A stretch of DNA of 32,000 nucleotides from Candidatus Saccharimonadota bacterium (GCA_000503875.1 CP006913.1:1-32000), one strand, 5' to 3'; numbered from the stretch's first letter, positions 21,225-30,375 are shown. A program made the numbers and translations. Notes: generated by a model not told the origin, from the letters alone.

Positions 21225-22700
21225 ATGCAAATTTGACTTGTAGGTTCTACTAATGTCGGAAAATCAACGCTATTCAATAGATTGATTAGACAATTTAGAG
21301 CAATTGTAACCGATATTCCTGGAACAACGACTGATATATTATATCATACCACATCGATAGATGATCTTGGTGATGTAGTTTTTGCTGATAGCCCAGGACT
21401 TTTGGAATTTCACGATGAACGACCATTTATCAAAAAAATCATCGACGAATCTCATGTTATTTTATTTGTCATTGATGATACGGTAGGAATAACAGCCAAA
21501 GAACAACATATTTTTGAATATATACAACAAGCCAACAAAAAAAGTCAGACTATTTTGGTTATTAATAAGTTGGATAAAAAACGAAAGGAAGCCGAAACAG
21601 AGCTCGCATTATCTGAATATTATTCTTTAGGATTTCAAGATGTAGTTGGAATTAGTGCAAAGACAAAGAGAAATCTTTCCGAGTTACAATGAATTCTTAT
21701 AAAGAAAAAGTACTTTCTAGAAAGTAGTAAAAAAATTGCAAGAGAAGATGCTTTTACGGATAAACAAAGAGTCTCTAGAGATAATGGAATCCCTATTGCA
21801 ATCCTTGGAAAACCAAATGCAGGTAAATCAACATTACTAAATACACTAGTTGGAAAGCAACTTTCCAAAGTAGAAAATGTACCAGGAACAACTCGTGACT
21901 ATGTAGTTTGATCCTTTAATGTGGGAAATGTTCCCTATACAATATATGATACTGCGGGGATCAAAAAACAAACATCTATGCACGTTATCGAAAAAATTGC
22001 TTATGAAAAAACGATGGATATGCTCGAATATGTGAGACCAGTCGTGATTTTTGTAATAGATGCTACCTTGGGTATTTCACATAGAGATATGACCTTATTG
22101 GAAGAAATAAATCGTTTAGCGTTACCTATTATTTTCGCATTAAATAAATCTGACCTCCTTTCCAAAAAAGATATGGAGGCAATACTTAAGACTACACAAC
22201 GTATGATGGATTTTGCAAAATATATTCCTATTATGCCGATTTCTGCATTGACAGGAGCGGGGACAAAAGAGTTTTTTGCCTTCGTGCATGCTCTTCGTAA
22301 AGAATCAGAAAAAAGAATAGCTACGACAGCACTCAACAAAATTATTTCAGCAGAAATTTTTCAAAGACCACCAAGATTTTCTAAAAATAAGATTTGTAAA
22401 ATAATGTATATGACACAGGTAGATATTAACGCGCCAACATTTTTGGTCTTTGTTAATTACAAGGCTAGAGTTAATTTTTCATTTAAAAAATGGATAGAAA
22501 ATACGATTAGAAAACATTTCGGATTTGTTGGAGTTCCTCTCGTTATTAGATTCAAAGACCGCAAAGAAGGAAATGAAGATCGTCCAATGCCAGGTGAATC
22601 GATAGAAACGCTCGATAAGATCGAAGAATCAAGAGCAGAAGACCAAGAAAGAAAACAAAAGAGAATTTTAGTAAAGAGACAAATCAAAAAAGCAAAATAG
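21225..22700 (+). CDS. der: ribosome-associated GTPase Der/EngA (491 aa)
   Basis: Two GTPase domains. G1 motifs are [20 protein letters not shown] and [18 protein letters not shown]3 motifs are DSPG and DTAG. NKLD and NKSD are present, plus a KH-like C-terminal domain and a basic tail. Three track fragments share one frame and are joined by TGA. Ends with TAG. Confidence 0.95.
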
Positions 22701-22721
22701 TCTTATATATAATATTTTTTA

Positions 22722-23714
22722 ATGATTATCCAACCATCTTATCAAACATATCTTGATGCAAAACAACTTCTTCTTCAAGGAGATCTTGTTGCTTTTCCTA
22801 CGGAAACTGTTTATGGACTTGGTGCTAATGCTTTGGATAGATCTGCAGTCAGAAAAATTTTTGAAACCAAAGGCAGACCACAAAAAAATCCTATTATAGT
22901 CCATCTTTGATCTATTACTCAAATTTCCGAATATGCGGAAATAACTAGTCCTTTGGAAGAAAAAATAATCAATACACTTATGCCCGGACCGATAACAATT
23001 CTTCTCAAGAAAAAACCAAATGTACCAGATATTGTCACCGCAGGAAGCGATTTTGTCGGTATCAGAATTCCCAGCAATAAGGTGGCGCTGGATCTTTTAC
23101 AGATTTCTGAGATACCTGTCGCTGCTCCCAGCGCCAACCTCTCAACGAAACCTAGTCCAACTTCCGCACAGATGGTCTTCGATAATTTCCATGAGGCGGT
23201 ACCTATGATTATTGATGGCGGGGATTGTGAAGTGGGTATCGAATCAACGGTGGTTAAAGTCGAATGAAGCCGCGTTGTCATCACAAGACCCGGGTTTATT
23301 ACGGTTGAAGACTTGCAATCGCTTTTCCCTTCCGATGTTCAAGTCGAATATGCTCAGCATATCTCAGAAATAACACCAGGAAATATGTTTAAGCATTATT
23401 CACCCAAATCCAACGTTACTCTTCTCAACAATACAAATCAGATTTCTTTCCCTTTATCGGATGAAAAAACAGCAATCCTTGTTACTCAAGAATGGATTGA
23501 CGACCACAAAGACCGAGGTGACCAGTTCGTGGCGCAAGGTGGTATCGTGTATCTTCGATGAAGTAAATCCGCCTTGATTTCTTGCGCCAAGACCTTATTT
23601 TCTTGGTATCATCAAGCAGATAAAGATCATATTATCCATCTCCTCGTTGAGCCTCTCACAGAGACTGGACTCGGTTATGCAATCATGAATAGAGTCAAAA
23701 AATCTTGTGAGTAA
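22722..23714 (+). CDS. tsaC: L-threonylcarbamoyladenylate synthase, long Sua5-type (330 aa)
   Basis: Contains LVAFPTETVYGLGANALD, KGRPQKNPIIVHL, PGPITILL, VGIRIPS, VAAPSAN and IIDGGDCEVGIESTVVKV, plus a Sua5-type C-terminal domain. Fragments 22722, 22953 and 23313 share one frame and are joined by TGA. Confidence 0.9.
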
Positions 23715-23749
23715 AATCTAAAATAATAATTTATCTATAAGAAATTCTT

Positions 23750-24190
23750 ATGAAAAAAATTCCAAGACATTTCCGATGGTTTCTCATACTTATGTTTGGG
23801 TTATTGATTGTAGATCTTGCTACGAAATATTTCTTTTTTGATAGGCAATTAGCCTCAAATATTTTTTTTATTCAACCAATGTTTAATTTAGGCATCTCTT
23901 GGTCAATGCAAGTTCCAGGATTTGTTTCCATATGTGTTGGGCGAATATCTTTGTTGTTATTTATTTTGATTTATCACAAAAAATATATTTCTTGGTGGAT
24001 GGCTGCTTTATTGGTTGCGGGAACCTTGGGAAATATGATAGATAGAATATGGTTAGGGGGAGTGAGAGATTTTTTAACGGTTGGTGTCTGGTTTCCTATA
24101 TTCAACATCGCAGATGTTCTTCTTAATGTATGAATCTTAGCCTATTTTCGAAAAGAATTTTTTACTTGAAAAAACAAACTAAAAGGATAA
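23750..24190 (+). CDS. lspA: lipoprotein signal peptidase II (146 aa)
   Basis: Four hydrophobic segments. Signature motifs [23 protein letters not shown] and [10 protein letters not shown]. It reads through two TGAs to TAA at 24188-24190. Confidence 0.85.
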
Positions 24191-24237
24191 AATTACTTTC
24201 AGAATAAAATAAATGTTTTACATTCTTATGAAATATT

Positions 24238-24555
24238 ATGAATTACCAAGGAATCGTTAAGTTTATCGGACAAAAGGAGTCAATCGCTGATGGTGTAGAC
24301 AAACAAACAATCGTTTTGGAAGAAAACACAGACAGAGAATTTAAAGGAAGCCTCGCAGTAGATTTCTTCAGAGACAAGATCCAATTATTGGAAAATGTAA
24401 AAGTTGGAGATATGGTTACTGTTCATCTCAATACAAGATGTAATGAATCAAAAAACCAACCAGGAAGATATTTCAACAGTATTACTTGCTGGAGAATAGA
24501 ATCAGGTGCTCAATCAGCTCCTGCTCAAGGATCAAATGATGATTTACCATTCTAA
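24238..24555 (+). CDS. DUF3127-like OB-fold protein with SSB-type C-terminal tip (105 aa)
   Basis: Intact ORF. The pattern G.VKFIG...KQTIVLEE......LAVDFFRDKI.....VKVGD.VTVHLN...NES....YFNSITCWRIE resembles DUF3127 as I remember the family. The tail is SGAQSAPAQGSNDDLPF. Confidence 0.65.
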   Translation: MNYQGIVKFIGQKESIADGVDKQTIVLEENTDREFKGSLAVDFFRDKIQLLENVKVGDMVTVHLNTRCNESKNQPGRYFNSITCWRIESGAQSAPAQGSNDDLPF

Positions 24556-24583
24556 GTCCTTAAAATTTAATTATATAGTAGAG

Positions 24584-24610
24584 AACCTCTTTCGTAGAGG
24601 TTTTTTATTT
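24584..24610 (+). terminator. rho-independent terminator
   Basis: AACCTCT-ttcgt-AGAGGTT followed by a T-run. It lies 29 nt after the DUF3127 stop and overlaps the TAA of the convergent glycosyltransferase gene. Confidence 0.6.
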
Positions 24611-25765
24611 TTGTAAAAAATGTTCCAAACAGAAAATTTTGTTTTTAGAAATTTGATGAGATTTATGAAGAATATCTACAAGAAATGGAGAGGGAACAAG
24701 ATGCTTATCAATAGTAGAAAGTTTTCTTTTTAAAAGATTTAAAGATATAAATTTTCCTACAACAAAAATAGAAGTAGTTATAGCTCTTTGTTTTGCCATA
24801 GATAGGAAACTAAAGAATGTGAGAGGCGTTTTTATCTGTTGTTCATAAAGAAGTTTTTTGGGAAATGGGAAAAAATATCAAAAATCATGGTACATCATCC
24901 ATCTTTCCTTAGCGAAAAAACCACCAACCCAAACGGACATTCGCCCCAATCGTCTCAATGTGCTATTATACCAAATAATATCTGGCTGCCATTTTTTACA
25001 AAATCTCCATAAACGAAAAGCATCAATAAAATTGAATGCTCCCCATCAGATTCCAAAAAGTTTTTTCACGGTTCATTTCCATCATTTTGGTAGTTCTCTT
25101 CATCGGATTTTTACTTCATATCCATGGCTTTCCAATAATTCCTTAACATCATGAATATAGGTTTCAATACCTCCTACTTTATTTATAAAGTCACTTACGA
25201 GCAGTATTTTTTTATGTTTACCAAGCAGAGGATAAATAGTAGTAATCCAATTCTCTTTACTATATTTTTCTAGAGAAATAGTTGGTTTAGTTGTTTTTTT
25301 CTTGGCCGTTAAAAGCTCTGATACACAATTGAATAATTTTTCATCAGTACAAATTCCTTCGTAATTTTCTAAATTATGATCTTCTTCTATAAAAGGTACC
25401 AAGCCTCATTTTTTATATCAGATAACCGGTAATCCTCGAGAAATAGCAGTCAATGCTGTCAATCAAAACGTTTCCAGAAATGTAGATGGCATCAAACAAT
25501 ATTCACAATTTTCTACGTATCTTTGGATTTCTGGTAATTTTTTCCATCCAAAAAAATGAATATTTTTGCTTTCATTAGCCAACTCCAAAAGCTCATTTTC
25601 ATAACTTCCTGCACCAAAAATAAACAAAGAGAATGGTAATTCTCCATTGTGCAAAAACATACGAAGCATTCCCAAAATTGCATCGAATCCTTTTTCTTTT
25701 TCCAATCTTCCAAAATATAAGAATCCTTTCATAATTTGCGTAAAATTTATAAAGTTATTTTCCAT
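24605..25765 (-). CDS. GT-B (GT4/GT1-like) glycosyltransferase with permuted domain order (386 aa)
   Basis: One continuous code-25 ORF, ATG 25763-25765 to TAA 24605-24607, all codons checked. Track ORFs 25463..25765, 25100..25402 and 24605..24799 share this frame. The first half carries C-terminal-domain motifs: FLYFGRLEKEKG, LFIFGAGSYE, LMPSTFLETFGLTALTAISRGLPVI. The second half starts like a GT4 N-terminus: KKILLVSDFINKVGGIETYIHDVKELLESHGYEV...QPDIIWYNS. Confidence 0.7.
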
Positions 25766-26370
25766 AAAATTTTTTTATCATAACTCCTTAATCAAATAGT
25801 ATCTATGATGATTTCTTTCGGTAATTTTGTTTTTATATATTCAATAGCTTCGTTTGCCTTTTGAGGAAGTGTATAATTACAAAGGTTTAAATGGTTTGCT
25901 ATATGGTCTATCATGCCTTTGGTTTGTATATTTTTTTGTTTAATTGTTTTTATGCGTTTAACTAGTTCTTCTGTATCATCGACGTTCAATTGTTTTTGAA
26001 TTAATACAAGCTTTTTTGCCAGTTCCTTTAGAGGTGTTTTTTCAAAAAACAAAGCAATTCGATGAGATCAATTTGGATATTTCTTTTGTAATTTTTTATC
26101 GTTTTTTACTCGATCTTGATATTCATTAACCAAGTTGCTACAAGACAATATAAATGGTTCACAAGATATTTTTTCTTTTCTAATTTTTTGTTGTAACAGA
26201 TTAATTTCTTTCTTTTCTAATAATGTTTGAGTTAATGTAATGTGTATGTCATTTTCATTATTTTTGTTCTCATATCTAAATCAATTCATATACAAATAAT
26301 TCTGAATTTCATTTAATATTTTCAAACTTTTATTTTCTGGTAGTGCTACAATTCGATAGACTTCTTTCAT
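25747..26370 (-). CDS. possible 2H phosphoesterase (LigT-like) family protein (207 aa)
   Basis: ATG at 26368-26370. It reads through TGAs to TAA at 25747-25749 and overlaps the next gene's start by 19 nt. HITL is at residues 43-46. A second, degenerate H-x-N-x motif (HLNL) is at residue 160, with beta-strand-like hydrophobic patterning around both. The family call is tentative. Confidence 0.45.
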
Positions 26371-26382
26371 ATTAATTTTTAA

Positions 26383-27075
26383 TTATAAACAGGCAGAATT
26401 GTCTTTTTTCCATTCTTCAATTTTTTTCGTATGGCCGCTCAAAAGAATTTCTGGGACTTTATATCACTGTACTGTTTCTGGTCTAGTGTATTGAGGATAT
26501 TCTAGGTTGTTCATATTTGTTTCCACACTATAACTTTCATTTTTCCAACTATCTTCTTCCTTGATGACGTTGGGGATTAATCTCACAATGCTTTCGGTCA
26601 TAGTCATGGCAGGAATTTCACCACCAAGTGTTATAAATTTTCCCAAGGATACTTTTGCAAAATGATTTGGATATCTCTCTGTCATATATTGTTCAAAGCG
26701 AAAATCTATCCCTTCATATCTTGCACACACAAAAATTATATGTTTCATTTTCGCAAATGTATGAGCGTCTTTTTGGCAAAAGATATCTTTACTTGGAGAG
26801 AGAAAAACAATTCTTCGCCTTTTACATCTTTTACTCAGTTTATTTGTTTTGATAACCGATTCAACAGCATCAATTAATGGTTGCGCTTTCATTAATAATC
26901 CAGCTCATCATCCATAAATTTCATCATCAACTTGTTTATGTTTGTCTGGACAAAAATCTCTTGGATTTACACAAGAAAAGGAAAGTATCTTTTTTTTCTG
27001 CGCCTTGGCAATCAATGACGTTGCCAAAAAGCTTTCAAATATTTCTGGAAAAATTGATATATAAGTTATTTTCAT
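26383..27075 (-). CDS. trmD: tRNA (guanine37-N1)-methyltransferase TrmD (230 aa)
   Basis: Starts MKITYISIFPEIFESFLATSLIAKA. Contains VDDEIYGGGAGLLMKAQPL, FVCARYEGIDFR, SLGKFITLGGEIPAMTMTESIVRLIP, EYPQYTRPE and VPEILLSGHTKKIEEW. Track ORF 26464..26892 is extended in both directions through TGA. Confidence 0.92.
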
Positions 27076-27093
27076 AGAAAAATTTACAGTAAA

Positions 27094-27720
27094 TTAAAGT
27101 CCTTTAGCAATATACTGAACAACTCTAATTATAGAATAAGAACACACAACGAGAAGCAACCCAATAAATGAATTTTTAAGTCCTGCTTTTGCTTTTGTTG
27201 GATCTTTGCCTGTTGCTCACGCAAATACAAACATTAATCCTGAAACAATAATAGCAATAGTTACAACCGTTCATATAAAGAAGGTAGCAGACAACAAAAT
27301 GTCTTGAACAAATAATTCTGGAGAGCTATTATCAGCTATACTTTTTCTAATACCTAGAAATTCATAGATATTAAAACTACATTGCCCATTAAGAAGACAT
27401 GTTTCATTCATTCTGATTCATTGAACCGCAGCGGCTCCTTTACTTGAAGACATATCACATTTCCAATCTATATAATCTCGTAATCATCCATTTTCTTTAC
27501 ATGTATCTACAAGTTTAACATCTTCATCAGTAATTTCTCTTTTTGTGGCTGTTTCAGTTTTTTTTGAGGCAGCTTCTTTCGCTGCAGAGCTACCCACAAT
27601 TCATGGTATATTATCAAATGTTTCTCAACCATATTCATCTAAATTACCAGCGGCATTAATAAAAGAAAAATTATTTAATAACATTCCTCCCAAAATCAGA
27701 ATTCCAAGTATTTTTTTCAT
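27094..27720 (-). CDS. secreted TrbC/VirB2-like (T4SS-pilin-type) protein (208 aa)
   Basis: Signal peptide MKKILGILILGGMLLNNFSFINA. The middle region has four Cys. The C-terminus has two TM helices flanking a short basic loop: TVVTIAIIVSGLMFVFAGATGKDPTKAKAGLKNSFIGLLLVVCSYSII. That layout is characteristic of the pilin-like family abundant in candidate phyla radiation genomes. All codons checked, ends with TAA. The trmD start is 18 nt downstream. Confidence 0.55.
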
Positions 27721-27849
27721 ATACATATATAAGGTAGAAAAATAAAATCAGATTCTTAAATTCGTTTTTTATACATATTTTATATTTTATTGCAAACAAA
27801 ATCTTTTTCATTAGGTATATAAGGTATCTATTATTTATTATCTAGTATT

Positions 27850-28137
27850 ATGTTCCTCCTCAAAGACAGACTTCGCCAAGTAATAGCGAAAAAACATCTT
27901 ACCAAGAATATGACAGGGGTGATTGCAGTTAATGCAGTTAGAGATCATTTTTGATTTACCAAAAATTCTTTATTACTAGATGGATCATTGAGATTTGATA
28001 TTCTTTTTATTAAGACAACGCAACAACACATCAAGATAAAAATTTTTCAAGAGAAACAGGACCTTCTAGCCAAAGTAAATGCATCACTTCAATCTGTTTG
28101 ATACGATAAAACAATCAAAGATATCCGTACAAAATAA
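27850..28137 (+). CDS. hypothetical small protein, possibly DUF721-like (95 aa)
   Basis: ATG at 27850, two in-frame TGAs, TAA at 28135-28137. The size and pattern (AVNAVRDHFGF...LLLDGSLRFDILFIKTTQQHIKIKIFQEKQDLLAKVNASL) loosely recall DUF721. This assignment is weak. Confidence 0.45.
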
Positions 28138-28176
28138 GAAAATTACATGCGTTTTATACTTTTTTTAAAAAAGCAC

Positions 28177-28206
28177 TTGCATTTTTTGGCTATATTTGTA
28201 TATAAT
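28177..28206 (+). promoter_or_regulatory. promoter for the tRNA cluster
   Basis: An A-tract, then TTGCAT (28177-28182), an 18-nt spacer and TATAAT (28201-28206). An alternative is TATATA with a 16-nt spacer. It lies about 42 nt upstream of tRNA-Ile. Confidence 0.5.
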
Positions 28207-28247
28207 GGTCCGCCGCGATATTTTTCGCAGTATAAAAAAACAGTTGA

Positions 28248-28324
28248 GGGCATATAGCTCAGTTGGTTAGAGCGCGTCTCTGATAAGGACGAGGTCGGTG
28301 GTTCGAGTCCACCTATGCCCACCA
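28248..28324 (+). tRNA. tRNA-Ile (anticodon GAT), CCA encoded
   Basis: Cloverleaf folded by hand. Acceptor GGGCATA/TATGCCC, D arm GCTC..GAGC, anticodon stem CGTCT/GGACG with loop CTGATAA, T arm GGTGG-TTCGAGT-CCACC, discriminator A plus CCA. Confidence 0.9.
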
Positions 28325-28343
28325 ATTATTACGTTAAAGATTA

Positions 28344-28418
28344 GCCAGAGTAGCTCAGTGGTAGAGCAGAGGCCTGAAAAGCCTTGTGTCGGCAGTTCAA
28401 TTCTGCCCTCTGGCACCA
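28344..28418 (+). tRNA. tRNA-Phe (anticodon GAA), CCA encoded
   Basis: Acceptor GCCAGAG/CTCTGGC, anticodon stem GAGGC/GCCTT with loop CTGAAAA, T arm GGCAG-TTCAATT-CTGCC, discriminator A plus CCA. Confidence 0.9.
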
Positions 28419-28428
28419 CTTATTATCT

Positions 28429-28502
28429 CGGGGATTAGCTCAGATGGCTAGAGTGCCTGGTTTGGGACCAGGAGGTCGCGAGTTCGAGTCCCGCATCCCC
28501 GA
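28429..28502 (+). tRNA. tRNA-Pro (anticodon TGG), CCA not encoded
   Basis: Acceptor CGGGGAT/ATCCCCG, anticodon stem CCTGG/CCAGG with loop TTTGGGA, T arm GCGAG-TTCGAGT-CCCGC with one A-C mismatch. The downstream sequence is aaatg, not CCA. Confidence 0.85.
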
Positions 28503-28648
28503 AATGTCTACGTTTGTCTATTGCTGTGATGTTGCTAGTACAATGATCTGCTTGCAGATTAATTACCGGCGAACCACGTTTCGAAAACAATGATGTGCTC
28601 AAAATCAAGGAGCGATCATAGGTTACGAGACAGAACTTTTTTTTACAA
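28503..28648 (+). ncRNA. candidate structured spacer RNA between tRNA-Pro and tuf
   Basis: About 140 nt with clearly higher GC than other intergenic DNA here. The ends can pair (tgtct...agaca). Internal hairpins are at 28543-28562 (tgatctg-cttg-cagatta) and about 28591-28618. It ends in T8 (28637-28644). I recognise no known RNA family. Confidence 0.25.
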
Positions 28649-28655
28649 AAAAGAC

Positions 28656-28683
28656 TTGCAATACATAGACAAATCAGTAAACA
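28656..28683 (+). promoter_or_regulatory. weak candidate promoter for tuf
   Basis: aaaaaagacTTGCAA (28656-28661) mirrors the A-tract plus TTGCA layout of the tRNA promoter. After a 16-nt spacer the -10 is only TAAACA. Confidence 0.25.
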
Positions 28684-28729
28684 GAGTCAGATTGAAAAGT
28701 ATCTTATTTTAGTTTTTAAATAGATTGTT

Positions 28730-29908
28730 ATGGCAAAATTACACGTAAATGTAGGAACAATTGGTCACGTAGATCATGGTAAAACTACATTAACAGCAGC
28801 TATTACTGCAGTTGCTGCTACAAAAGGTTGGGCAAAATACACTGCTTACGACCAGATTGATAATGCACCTGAAGAAAAAGCAAGAGGAATTACTATCAAC
28901 ACAAGACACGTAGAGTATGAAACTGAAACTAGACATTACGCTCATATTGACTGTCCAGGACATGCCGATTACGTTAAGAACATGATCGTTGGTGCTGCGC
29001 AAATGGATGGAGCTATTCTTGTTGTTGCTGGAACAGATGGTCCTATGCCTCAAACAAGAGAACACATTCTTTTGGCTAAACAAGTTAATGTACCAAAGGT
29101 TGTCGTATTTTTGAATAAATGTGATATGGTTGATGATCCTGATATGTTGGATCTAGTTGAAGAAGAAATTAGAGATTTGTTGAAAAAACAAGGATATGGA
29201 TTGGATACACCAGTACCTATCATTAGAGGATCTGCTCTTAAAGCAGTTGAAAATGCATCTGATACTGAAGGAGCTGCAAAACCTATTTGGGATTTGTTAA
29301 ATGCTCTTGATACTTATATTCCAGTTCCAGTAAGAGATAATGAAAAACCTTTCTTGATGCCAGTAGAAGATGTATTCTCTATTAAAGGTAGAGGAACTGT
29401 TTCTACAGGAAGAATTGAAAGAGGTATTGTAAAAATGAATGATGAAGTTGAAATTCTTGGATTAGGAGCTGAACCAAAGAAAACAGTTATTACTGGAGTA
29501 GAAATGTTCCACAAACAATTTGATACAGCTGAAGCTGGTATGAATGTTGGTCTTCTTCTTAGAGGTATCGACAAAGACCAAGTTGAAAGAGGTCAAGTTC
29601 TTTGTAAACCAGGAACAGTAAAAGCTCACAAAAAATTCGAAGCTGAAGTATACGTATTGAAAAAGGAAGAAGGAGGAAGACATACTCCATTTATGACAGG
29701 ATACAGACCTCAGTTTTTCCTTAGAACAACTGATGTTACTGGAAATATTACATTAAAAGCAGGTATTGAAATGATTATGCCTGGTGATAATGCAAAAATA
29801 GATGTTGAACTTATCTATCCAGTTGCTATGGAAGATGGATTGAGATTTGCAATTAGAGAAGGAGGAAGAACAGTTGGAGCTGGAGTTGTTACAAAAATAG
29901 CTGATTAA
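28730..29908 (+). CDS. tuf: elongation factor Tu (392 aa)
   Basis: Intact ORF even under the standard code. Contains [18 protein letters not shown] and NKCD, and the full-length EF-Tu sequence is recognisable. Ends with TAA. No in-frame TGA. Confidence 0.99.
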   Translation: MAKLHVNVGTIGHVDHGKTTLTAAITAVAATKGWAKYTAYDQIDNAPEEKARGITINTRHVEYETETRHYAHIDCPGHADYVKNMIVGAAQMDGAILVVAGTDGPMPQTREHILLAKQVNVPKVVVFLNKCDMVDDPDMLDLVEEEIRDLLKKQGYGLDTPVPIIRGSALKAVENASDTEGAAKPIWDLLNALDTYIPVPVRDNEKPFLMPVEDVFSIKGRGTVSTGRIERGIVKMNDEVEILGLGAEPKKTVITGVEMFHKQFDTAEAGMNVGLLLRGIDKDQVERGQVLCKPGTVKAHKKFEAEVYVLKKEEGGRHTPFMTGYRPQFFLRTTDVTGNITLKAGIEMIMPGDNAKIDVELIYPVAMEDGLRFAIREGGRTVGAGVVTKIAD

Positions 29909-29922
29909 TTTGTTATTTAGTG

Positions 29923-29949
29923 CCTGGTTCCGCCGTGCGCGGAGCTAGG
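29923..29949 (+). promoter_or_regulatory. GC-rich hairpin between tuf and rpsJ (processing or attenuation element?)
   Basis: CCTGGTTCCGC-cgtgc-GCGGAGCTAGG forms an 11-bp stem with two G-U pairs. It starts 15 nt after the tuf stop. A T-run begins only about 16 nt downstream, so it is not a canonical terminator. Confidence 0.4.
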
Positions 29950-29987
29950 ACCTAAGTATTAAGTTTTTTATTTACTTGTTTGTTGAT

Positions 29988-30335
29988 ATGTTAGAGAAAC
30001 AAAAAGCAGTTAAGGCCAAAAAAGACACGAAGGCAAAATTGAGAATCAAATTGAAAAGTTATGATGCAAAGATGTTGGAGTCTTCTGTTTGAAAAGTTGT
30101 TGGTTTGCTTATTAAATCATGAGCAGAAATTAAAGGACCAATACCTTTGCCAAAAAAAAGAAAATTGTATACAGTTTTGAGAGCAAACTTTAAACATAAA
30201 GATTCTAGAGAACAATTTGAAAGAATTACTTATGCTAGAATGATAGATGTTGTAGAAACGGGTTCTAAAACTATGGAATATCTCCAAAATTTAGCAATAC
30301 CTGTTGGTGTTATGGTTGATGTAAAGGTTTTCTAA
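29988..30335 (+). CDS. rpsJ: 30S ribosomal protein S10 (115 aa)
   Basis: Translation MLEKQKAVKAKKDTKAKLRIKLKSYDAKMLESSV-G-KVVGLLIKS-G-AEIKGPIPLPKKRKLYTVLRANFKHKDSREQFE...MIDV. Two in-frame TGA codons read as Gly. Ends with TAA. Confidence 0.95.
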
Positions 30336-30375
30336 TCAAGATGTTTCTTTTTTAATTTAATGAATAATCGTACTA

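Noticed and set aside
22919-23284. A 121-aa minus-strand ORF and other short ORFs inside tsaC.
   Set aside because: They are shadow ORFs produced by the locally GC-rich composition. The plus strand carries the unmistakable Sua5/TsaC motifs.
28429-28502. The A-C mismatch in the T stem and the missing CCA could make tRNA-Pro a pseudogene.
   Set aside because: All other stems pair well, the anticodon loop is canonical, and CCA addition by the CCA-adding enzyme is common. A single mismatch is tolerable.
28577-28590. The palindrome around cgtttcgaaaac in the tRNA-tuf spacer could be the anticodon arm of a hidden tRNA, for example the UGA-decoding tRNA-Gly(UCA).
   Set aside because: The flanks do not form acceptor, D or T arms. 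The loop would read UCG, not UCA, and there is no GTTCRA T-loop nearby.
28143-28593. Track ORFs 28143..28325 (-) and 28384..28593 (+).
   Set aside because: They overlap the three well-folded tRNA genes and are artefacts of the GC-richer tRNA sequence.
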